Source of the DNA: Armatimonadota bacterium
Lineage (GTDB): Bacteria > Armatimonadota > SYMT01
Assembly: GCA_046292385.1 (NCBI GenBank)
Contig: JBKBRF010000002.1
Location: 203,653-267,652, forward strand
DNA length: 64,000 nucleotides
Direction: 5' to 3'
The translations under genes were made by a program, and so were the position numbers. How positions within the stretch are numbered: the stretch's first letter is position 1; every line of letters starts with the position of its first letter. The notes below the pieces were generated by a model. The model was not told the origin of the DNA, did not search any database, and saw nothing but the letters and a program-made list of their open reading frames with translations. Positions 41,354 through 51,393 of the stretch are shown one piece after another.

Positions 41354-42523
41354 ATGAGCTCCCTGATTGCGCCGCACGGCGGCACCCTGATCAATCGCCT
41401 CGCTTCCGAGGCGGAAGCTGCCGAGATCCGCGGCCGCGCCGGCTCCCTGCCCCGCCTCGTGCTCAACGCCCGCCAGGGCGCCGACTTCGAGATGATCGCC
41501 GTCGGCGCGCTGAGCCCGCTCACCGGGTTCATGAGCTCCGAGGCATACCAGTCGGTGATCGACACCCGCCACCTCCCCGGCGGCAAGCTCGCCTGGACGA
41601 TCCCGATCACCCTGGCTCCCGAGGACGCGGTGAGCGAGGGGATCTCCGTGGGCCAGGAAGTGGCGCTCTACTACGAAGACGGCGAGACGCTGGCCGGCGT
41701 GATCACCGTCTCCGAGAAGTTCCCGCTCCAGAAGGAGAAGGAAGCGCAGGCGGTCTACCGCACCACCGAGGAGGCCCACCCGGGCGTGGCCGCGGTCTAC
41801 GCGCAGGGCGCCACCGCCCTGGCGGGCGACATCACCGCCGTGGCGCTGCCGCCGTACGGCGACTTCCCCGAGTACCGCCTCACGCCGGAGCAGACCCGCG
41901 CCGCCTTCGCGGAGCGCGGCTGGAAGACCGTGGTGGCGTTCCAGACCCGCAACCCGATCCACCGCGCCCACGAGTACCTGCAGAAGTGCGCGCTGGAGAT
42001 GGTCGACGGCCTGCTGGTCCACCCGCTGGTCGGCGCCACCAAGGGCGACGACATCCCGGCCGACGTGCGCATGAAGTGCTACGTGGCGCTGCTCGACAAC
42101 TACTACCCGAAGGACCGCACCATGCTGGCGGTAAACCCGGCCGCCATGCGGTACGCCGGCCCCAGCGAGGCGATCTTCCACGCCATCATCCGCAAGAACT
42201 ACGGCTGCACCCACTTCATCGTGGGCCGCGACCACGCGGGCGTGGGCAACTACTACGGCACCTACGACGCGCAGCTCCTCTTCGAGGAGTTCGATCCGTC
42301 CGCGATCGAGATCGTGCCGCTGAAGTTCGAGCACAGCTTCTGGTGCAAGGCGTGCGAGGGCATGGCGAGCGGCAAGACCTGCCCGCACGGCCGTGAGGAG
42401 CACGTGGCGCTCTCCGGCACCAAGGTGCGCGAGATGCTCCGCGCCGGCGAGATCCCGCCGATGGAGTTCACCCGCCCCGAAGTGGCGCAGATCCTCATCA
42501 ACGCGATGCGAGAAAACGCGTAG
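41354..42523 (+). CDS. sat: Sulfate adenylyltransferase (Sat type)
   Basis: PHGG, SPL.GFM, FQTRNPIHRAHEY, GRDHAGVG, CxxC..C.H zinc site, LSGT.VR. Confidence 0.97.
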   Translation: MSSLIAPHGGTLINRLASEAEAAEIRGRAGSLPRLVLNARQGADFEMIAVGALSPLTGFMSSEAYQSVIDTRHLPGGKLAWTIPITLAPEDAVSEGISVGQEVALYYEDGETLAGVITVSEKFPLQKEKEAQAVYRTTEEAHPGVAAVYAQGATALAGDITAVALPPYGDFPEYRLTPEQTRAAFAERGWKTVVAFQTRNPIHRAHEYLQKCALEMVDGLLVHPLVGATKGDDIPADVRMKCYVALLDNYYPKDRTMLAVNPAAMRYAGPSEAIFHAIIRKNYGCTHFIVGRDHAGVGNYYGTYDAQLLFEEFDPSAIEIVPLKFEHSFWCKACEGMASGKTCPHGREEHVALSGTKVREMLRAGEIPPMEFTRPEVAQILINAMRENA

Positions 42524-42531
42524 CAGCCTCA

Positions 42532-42625
42532 GGGTATAGGGTTTAGGGTCTAGGGTTTGGGGCACTCCCTCATCCGATCCCCTCCAAGCTTCTAAACCCT
42601 AACCCCTATACCCTAGCCCCTAGAC
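42532..42625. repeat. Inverted AGGGTNT / ACCCT heptamer arrays (telomere-like, G4-compatible)
   Basis: gggtatagggtttagggtctagggtttgggg ... ctaaaccctaacccctataccctagcccctagac, directly before the ATG. Confidence 0.9.
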
Positions 42626-44443
42626 ATGCCCTGGGAAGCCTGGTTCACTCTCGCCGTCGTCGTCCTGGTCTTTATCGGGATGGTCAAGGAGTGGGGCACG
42701 CCCGACGTGCTGCTCCTGGCCGGAACCATCGCCTGCGCGCTCGTCGGTATCATCAGTACCGACGAGGCCCTCCGCGGCTTCTCCAACGAGGGGATGCTCA
42801 CCGTCGCCGCCCTCTTCATCGTGGCGGCCGCCATGCGGGAGACCGGCGCGCTCGACGTCGTCGGTAAACGCATGCTCGGGAAGGCGACCACGGCCGATAG
42901 CGTGCTGCGGCGGATGTTCCTCTGGGTAAGCACCCTCTCGGCGTTCCTGAACAACACGCCGATCGTGGCGATGCTGCTGCCGATCCTGAACGATTGGTGC
43001 CGCAAGAACCGCGTCTCCCCCTCCAAGGTGCTGATCCCGCTCTCCTTCTTCACCATCCTGGGCGGGATGTGTACCCTGATCGGCACCAGCACCAACCTGG
43101 TGGTCCGCGGCCTGATGGAAGAGGCGTTCGACCGGGCGCAGGATCCGCTGGTGAAGGCGGCGCTAACGCCGCCCGGCGTCTTCGAGATCTCGCCGCTCGG
43201 CATCCCGGTCGCCATCATCGGCGGCCTCTTCATCTTCTTCGTGGGGCGCCGGCTGCTTCCGGACCGCAAAGACCTGCTGGAGCAGCTCGGAGAAAGCTCC
43301 CGCGAGTATCTGGTCGACATGGAGATCCTGCCGGGCTGCCGCCTGGCCGGGCAGACCGTGGAGGAAGCGGGCCTGCGCCACCTCCCGGGGCTCTACCTGA
43401 TCGAGATCGTGCGCGGAGACCGGGTGATCACCCCGGTGGGTCCGGACCAGAACCTGCGGGCCGGGGACCGGCTCACCTTTACCGGGGTCGTGACGTCGAT
43501 CGTCGACCTGGAGCGCATCCCCGGCTTCGTTCCCGCGGCCGACGAGGGCTACGAGTCCCGCGCGGACCAGCGGCGGAAGCGCCGCCTCAGCGAGGCGGTG
43601 ATCTCGCCCAGCTCGCCCCTGATCGGCAAGACGATCCGCGACTCCGACTTCCGCGCGATGTACAACGCCGCCGTCGTGGCGGTCCACCGCGGCGGCACCC
43701 GCCTCACCGGCCGCGTCGGCGACATCGAGCTCCGGGCCGGCGACACCCTGCTGCTGCAGACCGGCCCCAACTTTGCCCGCGCCCACCGCAACAACGCCGA
43801 CTTCGTCCTGGTGAGCCACCTGGAGGGCGTGCGCCCGGTCCGCCACCACCGCGCGACGGTGGCGCTGATCCTGCTCGGCTTCCTGATCCTGCTGATGGTG
43901 ACGGAGGTGGTGAGCGTGGTGATGGCGTCGTTCCTGATCGCCGCGCTGATGATCGCCACCCGCTGCATCTCGACCGCCGACGCGCACGAGAGCGTCGACT
44001 GGCAGACGCTGATCAGCATCGCCGCCGCGTTCGGTCTCGGCAAGGCGCTCGAGAACTCCGGCGCCGCGGAAATGATCGGCGCCGCGGTGGTCAAGCTGAC
44101 CAGCGGCTTCGGCCCGGTGGCGGTGCTGGCGGCGATCTACCTGGTGACGGTGATCATGACGGAGCTGATCTCCAACAACGCCGCCGCCGCCCTGATGTTC
44201 CCGCTCGCCGTGGCGGTGGCCGGTCAGCTTGGCGTGAGCCCGCGCCCGTTCGCTTTCGCCATCATGTTCGGCGCCACCCTCGCCTTCGCCACCCCGATCG
44301 GCTACCAGACCAACATGATGGTCTACGGACCCGGCGGCTACCGCTTCACCGACTTCACCCGCATCGGCGTCCCGCTCAATATCCTGCTCTGGATCGTCGC
44401 CTGTCTCCTGATCCCGGTCTTCTGGCCGTTTTCGCTGCGCTGA
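42626..44443 (+). CDS. SLC13/DASS family permease with TrkA-C domains (probable sulfate transporter)
   Basis: SAFLNNTPIVA, LGG.CTLIGTSTNL, two TrkA-C segments, TPIGYQTN.MVYGPGGYRF.DF. Confidence 0.93.
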   Translation: MPWEAWFTLAVVVLVFIGMVKEWGTPDVLLLAGTIACALVGIISTDEALRGFSNEGMLTVAALFIVAAAMRETGALDVVGKRMLGKATTADSVLRRMFLWVSTLSAFLNNTPIVAMLLPILNDWCRKNRVSPSKVLIPLSFFTILGGMCTLIGTSTNLVVRGLMEEAFDRAQDPLVKAALTPPGVFEISPLGIPVAIIGGLFIFFVGRRLLPDRKDLLEQLGESSREYLVDMEILPGCRLAGQTVEEAGLRHLPGLYLIEIVRGDRVITPVGPDQNLRAGDRLTFTGVVTSIVDLERIPGFVPAADEGYESRADQRRKRRLSEAVISPSSPLIGKTIRDSDFRAMYNAAVVAVHRGGTRLTGRVGDIELRAGDTLLLQTGPNFARAHRNNADFVLVSHLEGVRPVRHHRATVALILLGFLILLMVTEVVSVVMASFLIAALMIATRCISTADAHESVDWQTLISIAAAFGLGKALENSGAAEMIGAAVVKLTSGFGPVAVLAAIYLVTVIMTELISNNAAAALMFPLAVAVAGQLGVSPRPFAFAIMFGATLAFATPIGYQTNMMVYGPGGYRFTDFTRIGVPLNILLWIVACLLIPVFWPFSLR

Positions 44444-44452
44444 CGCTCCGCG

Positions 44453-44491
44453 AGGGTCTAGGGTGTAGGGGTTAGGGTGTAGCGTGTAGGG
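44453..44491 (+). repeat. AGGGTGT heptamer array
   Basis: agggtct agggtgt aggggtt agggtgt agcgtgt aggg. Confidence 0.9.
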
Positions 44492-44756
44492 CCGGCGGGG
44501 GCGTAGTGCGCCACTCGGAGACGGACGGTCCTACTCCTACTCGTTCTTCTACTCGGCGCCGGACGATCGCTGCCTGGCAGTCCGGTTTGGATGAGCACTG
44601 CCCCCCGCATCCTAACGCGGCAGATCGGTCATTCGGCAGTGCCCAGCGCAAGCGGCTCCCCGTTCCCCCACACTGCAGGAAAACCCGGGAATCCTGCCGA
44701 ACTGCCGGGAGAGGGCTTGCTCGCCTTCTCCTGTCGCGGTCCCCGCAGAGGCTTCG

Positions 44757-45866
44757 ATGTCGATCTTCCGCCTGCTTCCGTTCGTGCTCGGTCTCGGGGC
44801 GCTCCTGACGCTCGTTCCGCCCGCCTCCGCGGGGCTCTCCGGAGTTCCCGCTCCGCAGGCGCTGATCTACGGCGGGTACCTGGAGCCGGCGGATTTCAGC
44901 GCCCAGGGGACGGCCTCCGTGTCACCGGGGCTGATCACGCTGACCGATAAGTCGCAGGACGGCGCCGCCGGCAGCGCCTTCTTGCTTCAGCGGGTAACCA
45001 CCCAGCGCTTTGTAGCGGGCCTCAAGTTCCGAATCGACCCGGGCGCCGGCTTCGGCGAGACAAGCGGTGATGGCTTCACGTTTCTCATCGCGAAGTCACC
45101 CGACGCGCTCGGCACGTCCGGCACCGGCATGGGGCTCGACACCACCGAGAGCGGCGGCTTCGCGGTGGAGTTCGATACCTGGAAAAACTCCGACTTCGGC
45201 GATCCGGACGGCAACCACGTAGCGCTCGTGTTGAACGGAAACATCCGGGAGACGGTAGGCTCCCCGGCTCCAGTGGCGCAGCCGTTCGACGACGGCCAGT
45301 CCCACTACGTCACGATCGCCTACGAGGCGCTCCCGGAAGGTGGGCACGTGATCGTGGTGATGGACGGGCAGCTTTGCCTCGATGTGACCGATCCCGCAAT
45401 ACCCGCACCGGACGGTTACTTCGGCTTCTCCGCCGGCACCGGCGCGGCCACCGCGACCCACATGATCGAGGGCTTCGCGCTGGAGGCGGATGCGCCGCCG
45501 AGCACTCCCGGCGCGCGGGTGAGAGCCACTGGCAAGCTGCGTGGGCCAGTCGGCTTTCAGGGCCCCCTCGCACTGGACGTATCGTCCAACTCACGGAGAA
45601 ATGTGAAGGGACGGATCGAGTTGAACGCAAAGTCCGATCCGTTCGGCCGGAAGTACATCCACCACATCAGCTCGCTGGTGGTCACCGGTCGTAACCAGGC
45701 CACCATCTACGGGATCGGCCCTGGCCGGCGCCTGGTGCGGGTGGACGTGGTCGACGGGCGCGATCGCGAGACCGTGCGCCTCGTGGAATTCTCCCTCGGC
45801 CCCTACAAGCAGGGCACGCTCCCCCGCGGCCGCGTCTCCATTTCCGTCCGACGCGATAACCGTTAG
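44757..45866 (+). CDS. Secreted L-type (legume) lectin domain protein
   Basis: GDGFTF, AVEFDTW.N, D.NHV, YFGFSAGTG; signal peptide. Confidence 0.85.
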   Translation: MSIFRLLPFVLGLGALLTLVPPASAGLSGVPAPQALIYGGYLEPADFSAQGTASVSPGLITLTDKSQDGAAGSAFLLQRVTTQRFVAGLKFRIDPGAGFGETSGDGFTFLIAKSPDALGTSGTGMGLDTTESGGFAVEFDTWKNSDFGDPDGNHVALVLNGNIRETVGSPAPVAQPFDDGQSHYVTIAYEALPEGGHVIVVMDGQLCLDVTDPAIPAPDGYFGFSAGTGAATATHMIEGFALEADAPPSTPGARVRATGKLRGPVGFQGPLALDVSSNSRRNVKGRIELNAKSDPFGRKYIHHISSLVVTGRNQATIYGIGPGRRLVRVDVVDGRDRETVRLVEFSLGPYKQGTLPRGRVSISVRRDNR

Positions 45867-45906
45867 TAACCCGGCTCCCGGACCGAGGAGTGCTGCAGTA
45901 CCAGCA

Positions 45907-45942
45907 AGGCGCCCCGCCTTCCTCTCGGAGAGCGGGGCGCCT
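45907..45942. terminator. Hairpin between convergent genes
   Basis: aggcgccccgc...gcggggcgcct. Confidence 0.6.
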
Positions 45943-45962
45943 CGGCGTTTGCCGACGGTCGA

Positions 45963-48900
45963 TCAGAGCCCGCCGAGCTCGGCGTCGACGCTGGCGTCTT
46001 CCGGGGCGAAGCCGCGGCGGATGGTGTTCTCCGTCACGGTGCGCGGCTCCAGGAACTGCAGCAGGTAGTCCGGCCCTCCGGCCTTGCTGCCGATGCCGCT
46101 CATCTTGAACCCGCCGAACGGCTGCCGGCCGACGATGGCGCCGGTGATCTTGCGGTTCAGGTAGAGGTTGCCCACCCGGAACTGCTCCCGCGCCTGCTCC
46201 AGCCGGGACGGGCTGCGGCTGTAGAGCCCGCCGGTGAGGGCGTAGCTGGTGCCGTTGGCCAGCTCCAGCGCGTGCGCGAAGCTCTCCGCCCGCATCACCG
46301 CCAGCACGGGGCCGAAGATCTCTTCCTGCGCGAGCGGGCTCTCGTGCGGCACGTCGGTGAAGATCGTCGGGCCGACGAAGTAGCCGTCGCCGAGGTGGGA
46401 GACGTCAGTCTCCAGCGCGAGCCGCGCCACCTGCTTGCCGCCTTCGATCGCCTTCCGGATGTTGTCCCGCGCGCGGCCCTCGATCACCGGCCCCATGAAG
46501 TGGAGCGGCTCTTCCGGCATGCCGATCCGCAGGCTGCGCGACGCCTCGACCAGCCGCCGCACGAAGAGGTCGTAGTTGCCGCCGACCACGATCGCGCGGG
46601 AGCAGGCGCTGCACTTCTGCCCCTGGAACCCGAAGGCGGAGGCGGCGGTGCCGAGGACGGCGTCGTCGATGTCGGCGTCGCTGTCGATGAGGATCGCGTT
46701 CTTGCCGCCCAGCTCCGCGATCACCCGCTTCAGGTGGTGCTGGCCCTCCACCACCTCCGCGGCGAGCCGCATGATGCGGGTGCCGACCGCCCGGCTGCCG
46801 GTGAAGGCGATCACGTGGACCAGCGGGTGGCGGACCAGGTACTCGCCCACCTCCGCGCCGGGACCTGGGACGAAGTTCACCACGCCGGCCGGGAGCCCGA
46901 TCTCCTGCAGGATCTGCACCAGCATCGCGGCGATCACCGGGGTCTGGGTCGCCGGCTTCAGCACCGCGGTATTGCCGGAGACGATCGTGGCGGAGAGCAT
47001 CCCGGTGAGGATCGCCAGCGGGAAGTTCCACGGCGGGATCACCACCCCCACCCCGCGCGGCACGTAGAAGAGGCTGTTCGTCTCCCCCGGCACGTTCAGC
47101 GGGATCGGCTGTGAGAGCCGGAGTGCCTCCCGGGCGTAGTACTCCAGGAAGTCGATCGCCTCCGTCACGTCGGCGTCTGCCTCGCGCCAGGTCTTTCCGG
47201 CCTCCCACACCTGGCAGGCGGAGAACTCGTCCCGCCGCTCCCGCAGGCGCGCCGCCGCCTGGAGCAGGTAGCCGGCCCGCGCTTCGGCGCCGAGGTCGCG
47301 CCACGCCGGGTAGGCCGCCGCCGCGGCGCGGACCGCCGCCTCCGCCTGCTGGAGGGTGGCCGAGGCGACGCGCCCCACCACCTCCGCCGGCCGCGCCGGG
47401 TTGAGCGACTCGATCCAGTCGCCGGAGTGCTGCTCCCGGCCGTCGATCAGCAGCGGGTACTCCCGGCCGAACTCGCCGCGCACCTTCCGGAGGGCGGCGG
47501 CGAAGCGGTCGCGCTCTTCCGCGGCGGTGAAGCGGTGCACCGGCTCGTTGCGGAACGGCGGCAGCGCCAGGCCGGAGACCGCCGGCGCCGCCGGAGCGGT
47601 CCCGCGGCCGGTGGCGACCGGCTCCAGCCCGGGGACCGGGGAGGGCGCGCCGTTCAGGGACGGGGCGCCGGGCTGCGGCGCGGGCGGCTGCAGGAGCGTC
47701 TCCGCCGGAAGCTCCTCAGCGAAGCCCATCCGCAGGAAGCTCTGGCTGGCGGTGTTCTCCAACAGGCGCCGCACCAGGTAGGCCATGCCGGGGATCAGCT
47801 CTCCGAACGGCACGTAGACCCGCAGCCGCCGGCCCATCCGCGCCACCGCGTCTTTCAGCGGATCGGCCATGCCGTAGAGCATCTGCAGCTCGAACTGGTC
47901 CGGCCGCAGCCCGCGCTCGTCCGCCAGCGCCATCGCCAGCGCGAGGCTGCGGACGTTGTGCGTGGCGATCGCCGCCTCCAGGTGGGGATGGCTCGCCAGC
48001 AGGAGGCGCGCGCACCGCTCGTAGGAGCGGTCGGTCTCCCACTTCTCCGTCCAGACCGGGATCGGCCAGTCGTTCTGCCGCGCGATCACCGTCTCGAAGT
48101 CCCAGTAGGCGCCGCGGACCAGCCGCACCGTCACCGGCGTGCCGCGCTCCCGCGCCCACTCCGCCAGCCCGCCGAGGTCCGCCTCCGTCTCCCGCAGGTA
48201 AGCCTGCATCGCCAGCCCCACGTCCGGCCAGTCGCGGAACTCCGGCTCCATCAGCACCTCGCGGAAGAGCCGGAGCGTGATCTCCTTCAGGTCGTACTGC
48301 TCCATGTCGAGGCAGATGAACGCCCCCTTCTCCCGGGCGGAGCGCAGGATCGGCCGCAGCCGCTCCGCCGCCAGGCGGACGCTGCCCTCCGGGTCGACCG
48401 GCGTCATCTGGGAGCAGAGCGAGGAGACCTTTACAGACAGGTTCAGCCGCGGCGCGGGGCGGCCGTTCACCGTGTCGAGCAGCGGGTTCGGCTTCCAACG
48501 GGTCACGCGCGGGGTGAACTCGTCCAGGAGCTGGAGGTACTTGCCGAAGTAATGCTCCGCCTCCGCCTCGCTCACCGTCGCCTCGCCGAGGAGGTCGAGA
48601 GTGAACGCCATGTCGTCCTTGCGGATCTCCTCCACGGCGCGGAGGGCGTCCTTCACGGTGGCGCCGCCGATGAACTTGGAGGCGAGGGCGTGGATGGCGG
48701 TGCGGACCGCGCCGGCCGCCAGCTTGGCGGTAAGACCGCCGCCCGCATGGTCGATCCCCCAGCGCGCGACTCCCGGAAGCGGCAGCTCCTCGTCCGCGAA
48801 GTACTCCTTCAGGTGGCGGCCGAGGTCGGCATCGTCGGTCAGCGCGGGGAGCACGTCAACGAACCGGAGCGCCTGGATGCGGAAGCTCTCGTTCGACATC

Positions 48901-49067
48901 AGCTTCTGGAAGAGCGTCTCTTCCCAGCGCTCCCGCGCCCAGAACCCGGTCTTCCGCTCCCGCGCCTCCGCCAGCAGGCGCGAGCCCAGCTCCGTCACCC
49001 GCCGCTCCAGAGCCCCGTCCGGCTCCACCCCGCGAGCCGCCGTCCCCCACTGCTCCCGCGTCTCCAT
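45963..49067 (-). CDS. putA: Bifunctional proline dehydrogenase / P5C dehydrogenase
   Basis: DLLGE, DME, RLVRGAYW, YLVRRLLEN; PWNFP, ELGGKN, GQKCSA, EEIFGPV. Confidence 0.95.
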   Translation of the reverse strand: METREQWGTAARGVEPDGALERRVTELGSRLLAEARERKTGFWARERWEETLFQKLMSNESFRIQALRFVDVLPALTDDADLGRHLKEYFADEELPLPGVARWGIDHAGGGLTAKLAAGAVRTAIHALASKFIGGATVKDALRAVEEIRKDDMAFTLDLLGEATVSEAEAEHYFGKYLQLLDEFTPRVTRWKPNPLLDTVNGRPAPRLNLSVKVSSLCSQMTPVDPEGSVRLAAERLRPILRSAREKGAFICLDMEQYDLKEITLRLFREVLMEPEFRDWPDVGLAMQAYLRETEADLGGLAEWARERGTPVTVRLVRGAYWDFETVIARQNDWPIPVWTEKWETDRSYERCARLLLASHPHLEAAIATHNVRSLALAMALADERGLRPDQFELQMLYGMADPLKDAVARMGRRLRVYVPFGELIPGMAYLVRRLLENTASQSFLRMGFAEELPAETLLQPPAPQPGAPSLNGAPSPVPGLEPVATGRGTAPAAPAVSGLALPPFRNEPVHRFTAAEERDRFAAALRKVRGEFGREYPLLIDGREQHSGDWIESLNPARPAEVVGRVASATLQQAEAAVRAAAAAYPAWRDLGAEARAGYLLQAAARLRERRDEFSACQVWEAGKTWREADADVTEAIDFLEYYAREALRLSQPIPLNVPGETNSLFYVPRGVGVVIPPWNFPLAILTGMLSATIVSGNTAVLKPATQTPVIAAMLVQILQEIGLPAGVVNFVPGPGAEVGEYLVRHPLVHVIAFTGSRAVGTRIMRLAAEVVEGQHHLKRVIAELGGKNAILIDSDADIDDAVLGTAASAFGFQGQKCSACSRAIVVGGNYDLFVRRLVEASRSLRIGMPEEPLHFMGPVIEGRARDNIRKAIEGGKQVARLALETDVSHLGDGYFVGPTIFTDVPHESPLAQEEIFGPVLAVMRAESFAHALELANGTSYALTGGLYSRSPSRLEQAREQFRVGNLYLNRKITGAIVGRQPFGGFKMSGIGSKAGGPDYLLQFLEPRTVTENTIRRGFAPEDASVDAELGGL

Positions 49068-49168
49068 CGCTCCCCGCTCTCTCAGAAGAGGCGGCCGGTC
49101 GCACGCCTCCGCACTGCCCACTCCCAGGATTCATGGTAGCCGCGCCGCGCACGGCGGGAAAACGCAGA

Positions 49169-49350
49169 GTATTGCGTAGTCTTCGTATTCCGTATCTCGT
49201 ATTGCGTAGCGGCTCGCCTGTCACTCGTTCCGAAAGATCCTGCCGGGCGAGAAGTTGGAAGAGCGCACCGCCCGGCACGACGTGCTGTGAAGCGGAGAGA
49301 GCACTCCGCTACGGAATACGGAATACGCAATACTGCGATACGCAATACGC
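49169..49350. repeat. Inverted ATACGCA/ATACGGA heptamer arrays
   Basis: gtattgcgta..cgtattccgtatctcgtattgcgta ... tacggaatacggaatacgcaatac..atacgcaatacgc. Confidence 0.85.
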
Positions 49351-49387
49351 CTCTCCCGCAAGCAAGCCCCTGCTTCCGCGTCCATCT

Positions 49388-50308
49388 TCAGCCCCCGATA
49401 GCAGCCAGCCCCTCCGCCACCGCGACCGCCGGCTCCCAGCCGCTGCCGTGGTCTTCCACGCTCCACCAGGCGGAGAGCACCGCCTGCGCCACGGCCCAGG
49501 CGCGCACCCGCTGCGGGTCGAAGCCGAGCTCCGCGTGGAAGATCTCGATCCGCCGGCGCAGGAGGGCGGGCAGGTCTGGCGCTCCCAGGAGCCCCGGGAG
49601 CGGGTTCCGAAGCCAGGCGCCCGTCTCGTACTCCGCCTCTCCGGCGAGCCCCTTCGGATCGATAGCGCGCCACTCGCCGCTCGCGGAGAGGACGTTCCAG
49701 TGGTGGAGGTCGGCGTGGAGCAGGACCGGCTCGCCGGAGGTGGCGAGCAGCTCCCGGAAGTGCGACTCCGCCCGAGCCACCAGCCCCGACGGGAGCGGCC
49801 CCGTCCCCCCGCCGAAGCGGTGCCGCAGCCGCGCCAGCCCCTCCGCCCACTGCTCGACCGCCGGAAACGGGTGCCCGCTCGGCAGCGGACGCCGCAGCCG
49901 CCGCATCACCCCGGCGGCGAGGGTGGTCGCCTCCTCGTCCGGGAGGTCGAGGAGCGTGGTCCCCGGCTCCAGCCGCTCCAGGAGCAGCGCGCCGTCGTCC
50001 GGCTCCGCGCCGAGGAGCCGCACCGCGCCGGCGCCCGCGTAGAGCCGCAGCGCCTCGATCTCACCGGTCAGCTCCGGGTGCGGCACCCCCAGCTTCAGCA
50101 CCACCGGGGAGCCGTCCGCCCGCCAAGCCCGGGTGACGTAGTGGTAGGTGAGCGGCGCGTACGGGGCTTCGAGCCGGAGGCTCCACCGCGCCGCGCAGCG
50201 TGCCAGCAGCTCCGGGAAGCGGTCCAGCCAGACGCGCCCTGCCTCGCCGTGGACCTCCAGGGTCGTGCGAGCTAGGCCCTGCGGAAGGCGGGTGGAGAGC
50301 GGCGTCAT
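49388..50308 (-). CDS. Aminoglycoside/hydroxyurea resistance kinase family (APH(6)-like)
   Basis: VVLKL, E..AL, LLLERL.PG, LLHADLHHWNVL, W.AIDPKG. Confidence 0.9.
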   Translation of the reverse strand: MTPLSTRLPQGLARTTLEVHGEAGRVWLDRFPELLARCAARWSLRLEAPYAPLTYHYVTRAWRADGSPVVLKLGVPHPELTGEIEALRLYAGAGAVRLLGAEPDDGALLLERLEPGTTLLDLPDEEATTLAAGVMRRLRRPLPSGHPFPAVEQWAEGLARLRHRFGGGTGPLPSGLVARAESHFRELLATSGEPVLLHADLHHWNVLSASGEWRAIDPKGLAGEAEYETGAWLRNPLPGLLGAPDLPALLRRRIEIFHAELGFDPQRVRAWAVAQAVLSAWWSVEDHGSGWEPAVAVAEGLAAIGG

Positions 50309-51201
50309 GGCTGCGCCTCCACGGCCGCGCGGGCACGCGGGATCAGGAACCAGAGCGCTGCGATCAGCACCAGCAGGTGGAGCGCGGAGCCGGCAGACTG
50401 GTGGAGCCAGCCTTCCTGCACCAGCAGCTTCGACAGCCAGTTGGCCCACGCGATCGCGAAGACGCCCTGCAGAAAGACCAGCCCGTAGACCGCCAGCAGC
50501 GCCGTCCGCAGCCGCTTGCACAGGGCGGAGAGGCAGACCATCACCGCGCAGGTGAGGAGCAGCCCCACCGGCCACGCGACAGTCGTGAAGAGCATCGTCA
50601 TCGCTGCGTGGACCGGCGACGGGAATTCGGGAGCGAGCTCGTTCAGAATCGGCGGCGCCGACCACTCCTCCGACAGCGCCGGGAAGCGCAGCAGGAACAG
50701 GATCAGGAGGTCGAGCAGCACGCGTCCGGCCAGCAGCAGCAGGAACGGGAGCGCCGCCGCCAGTCCTTTCGCCAGCAGGATCTCGCCCGAGGTCAGGCGC
50801 GTGACCGTCACCTCGTCCAGTCGCAGCTGCTCCCGCTCGCCCGCGATGCTGGTGGCGAGGAACGCCGGCAGCAGGAGCCAGAACGCCGGCGCGGTGAGCG
50901 AGGCGACGACGATCTCGACGCGGTACAGGAACTGCCACTGCGCCGGACCGACCACCAGGACATCCTCGAACACCCAGAGCAGATCGTTGGTGAGCTGGAG
51001 TACGGCGGCGGAGCAATTCAGCACCATCCAGGTGCTCCCGAAGCCGATCGCCGGGTGGTTGATCACCCAGGTGATCAGCACCTGCAGCACCACGATGACC
51101 GCCAGCACCAGGAGCGCCGCCCGGATCTGCGGCGGGCGCCAGCGGTGGCGGAGGTCGAGGCGGAAGTAGGCCCAGGCGGCGCTGCTCATGAGCGGGATCA
51201 T
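50305..51201 (-). CDS. ABC-2 permease-like membrane protein
   Basis: SIAGERE...L....T.L...EILLAK motif, multiple TM segments, ATGA overlap with the kinase. Confidence 0.75.
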   Translation of the reverse strand: MIPLMSSAAWAYFRLDLRHRWRPPQIRAALLVLAVIVVLQVLITWVINHPAIGFGSTWMVLNCSAAVLQLTNDLLWVFEDVLVVGPAQWQFLYRVEIVVASLTAPAFWLLLPAFLATSIAGEREQLRLDEVTVTRLTSGEILLAKGLAAALPFLLLLAGRVLLDLLILFLLRFPALSEEWSAPPILNELAPEFPSPVHAAMTMLFTTVAWPVGLLLTCAVMVCLSALCKRLRTALLAVYGLVFLQGVFAIAWANWLSKLLVQEGWLHQSAGSALHLLVLIAALWFLIPRARAAVEAQP

Positions 51202-51393
51202 GGGAGGGACTCGGGATCTCTGGCGACCGGTCTGTGGATTGCGGGGGCGGCGGTCTCTCGCGTGCCTCCTTGTCGCGATCGGCACCTACGTTAGTGAACA
51301 CCCGGGCCGCGCCGGGGTTTCGTTGACGGCGCGCGGCGTTCTCCGCTATACCTGAGCCGACCGCCGGGCTGCCGGCGAAGGGACCGCTGCCCC

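Noticed and set aside
42532..42625. Eukaryotic telomere contamination or chimeric assembly
   Set aside because: Arrays are short, degenerate and embedded within a coherent bacterial operon, and sister families occur throughout the window.
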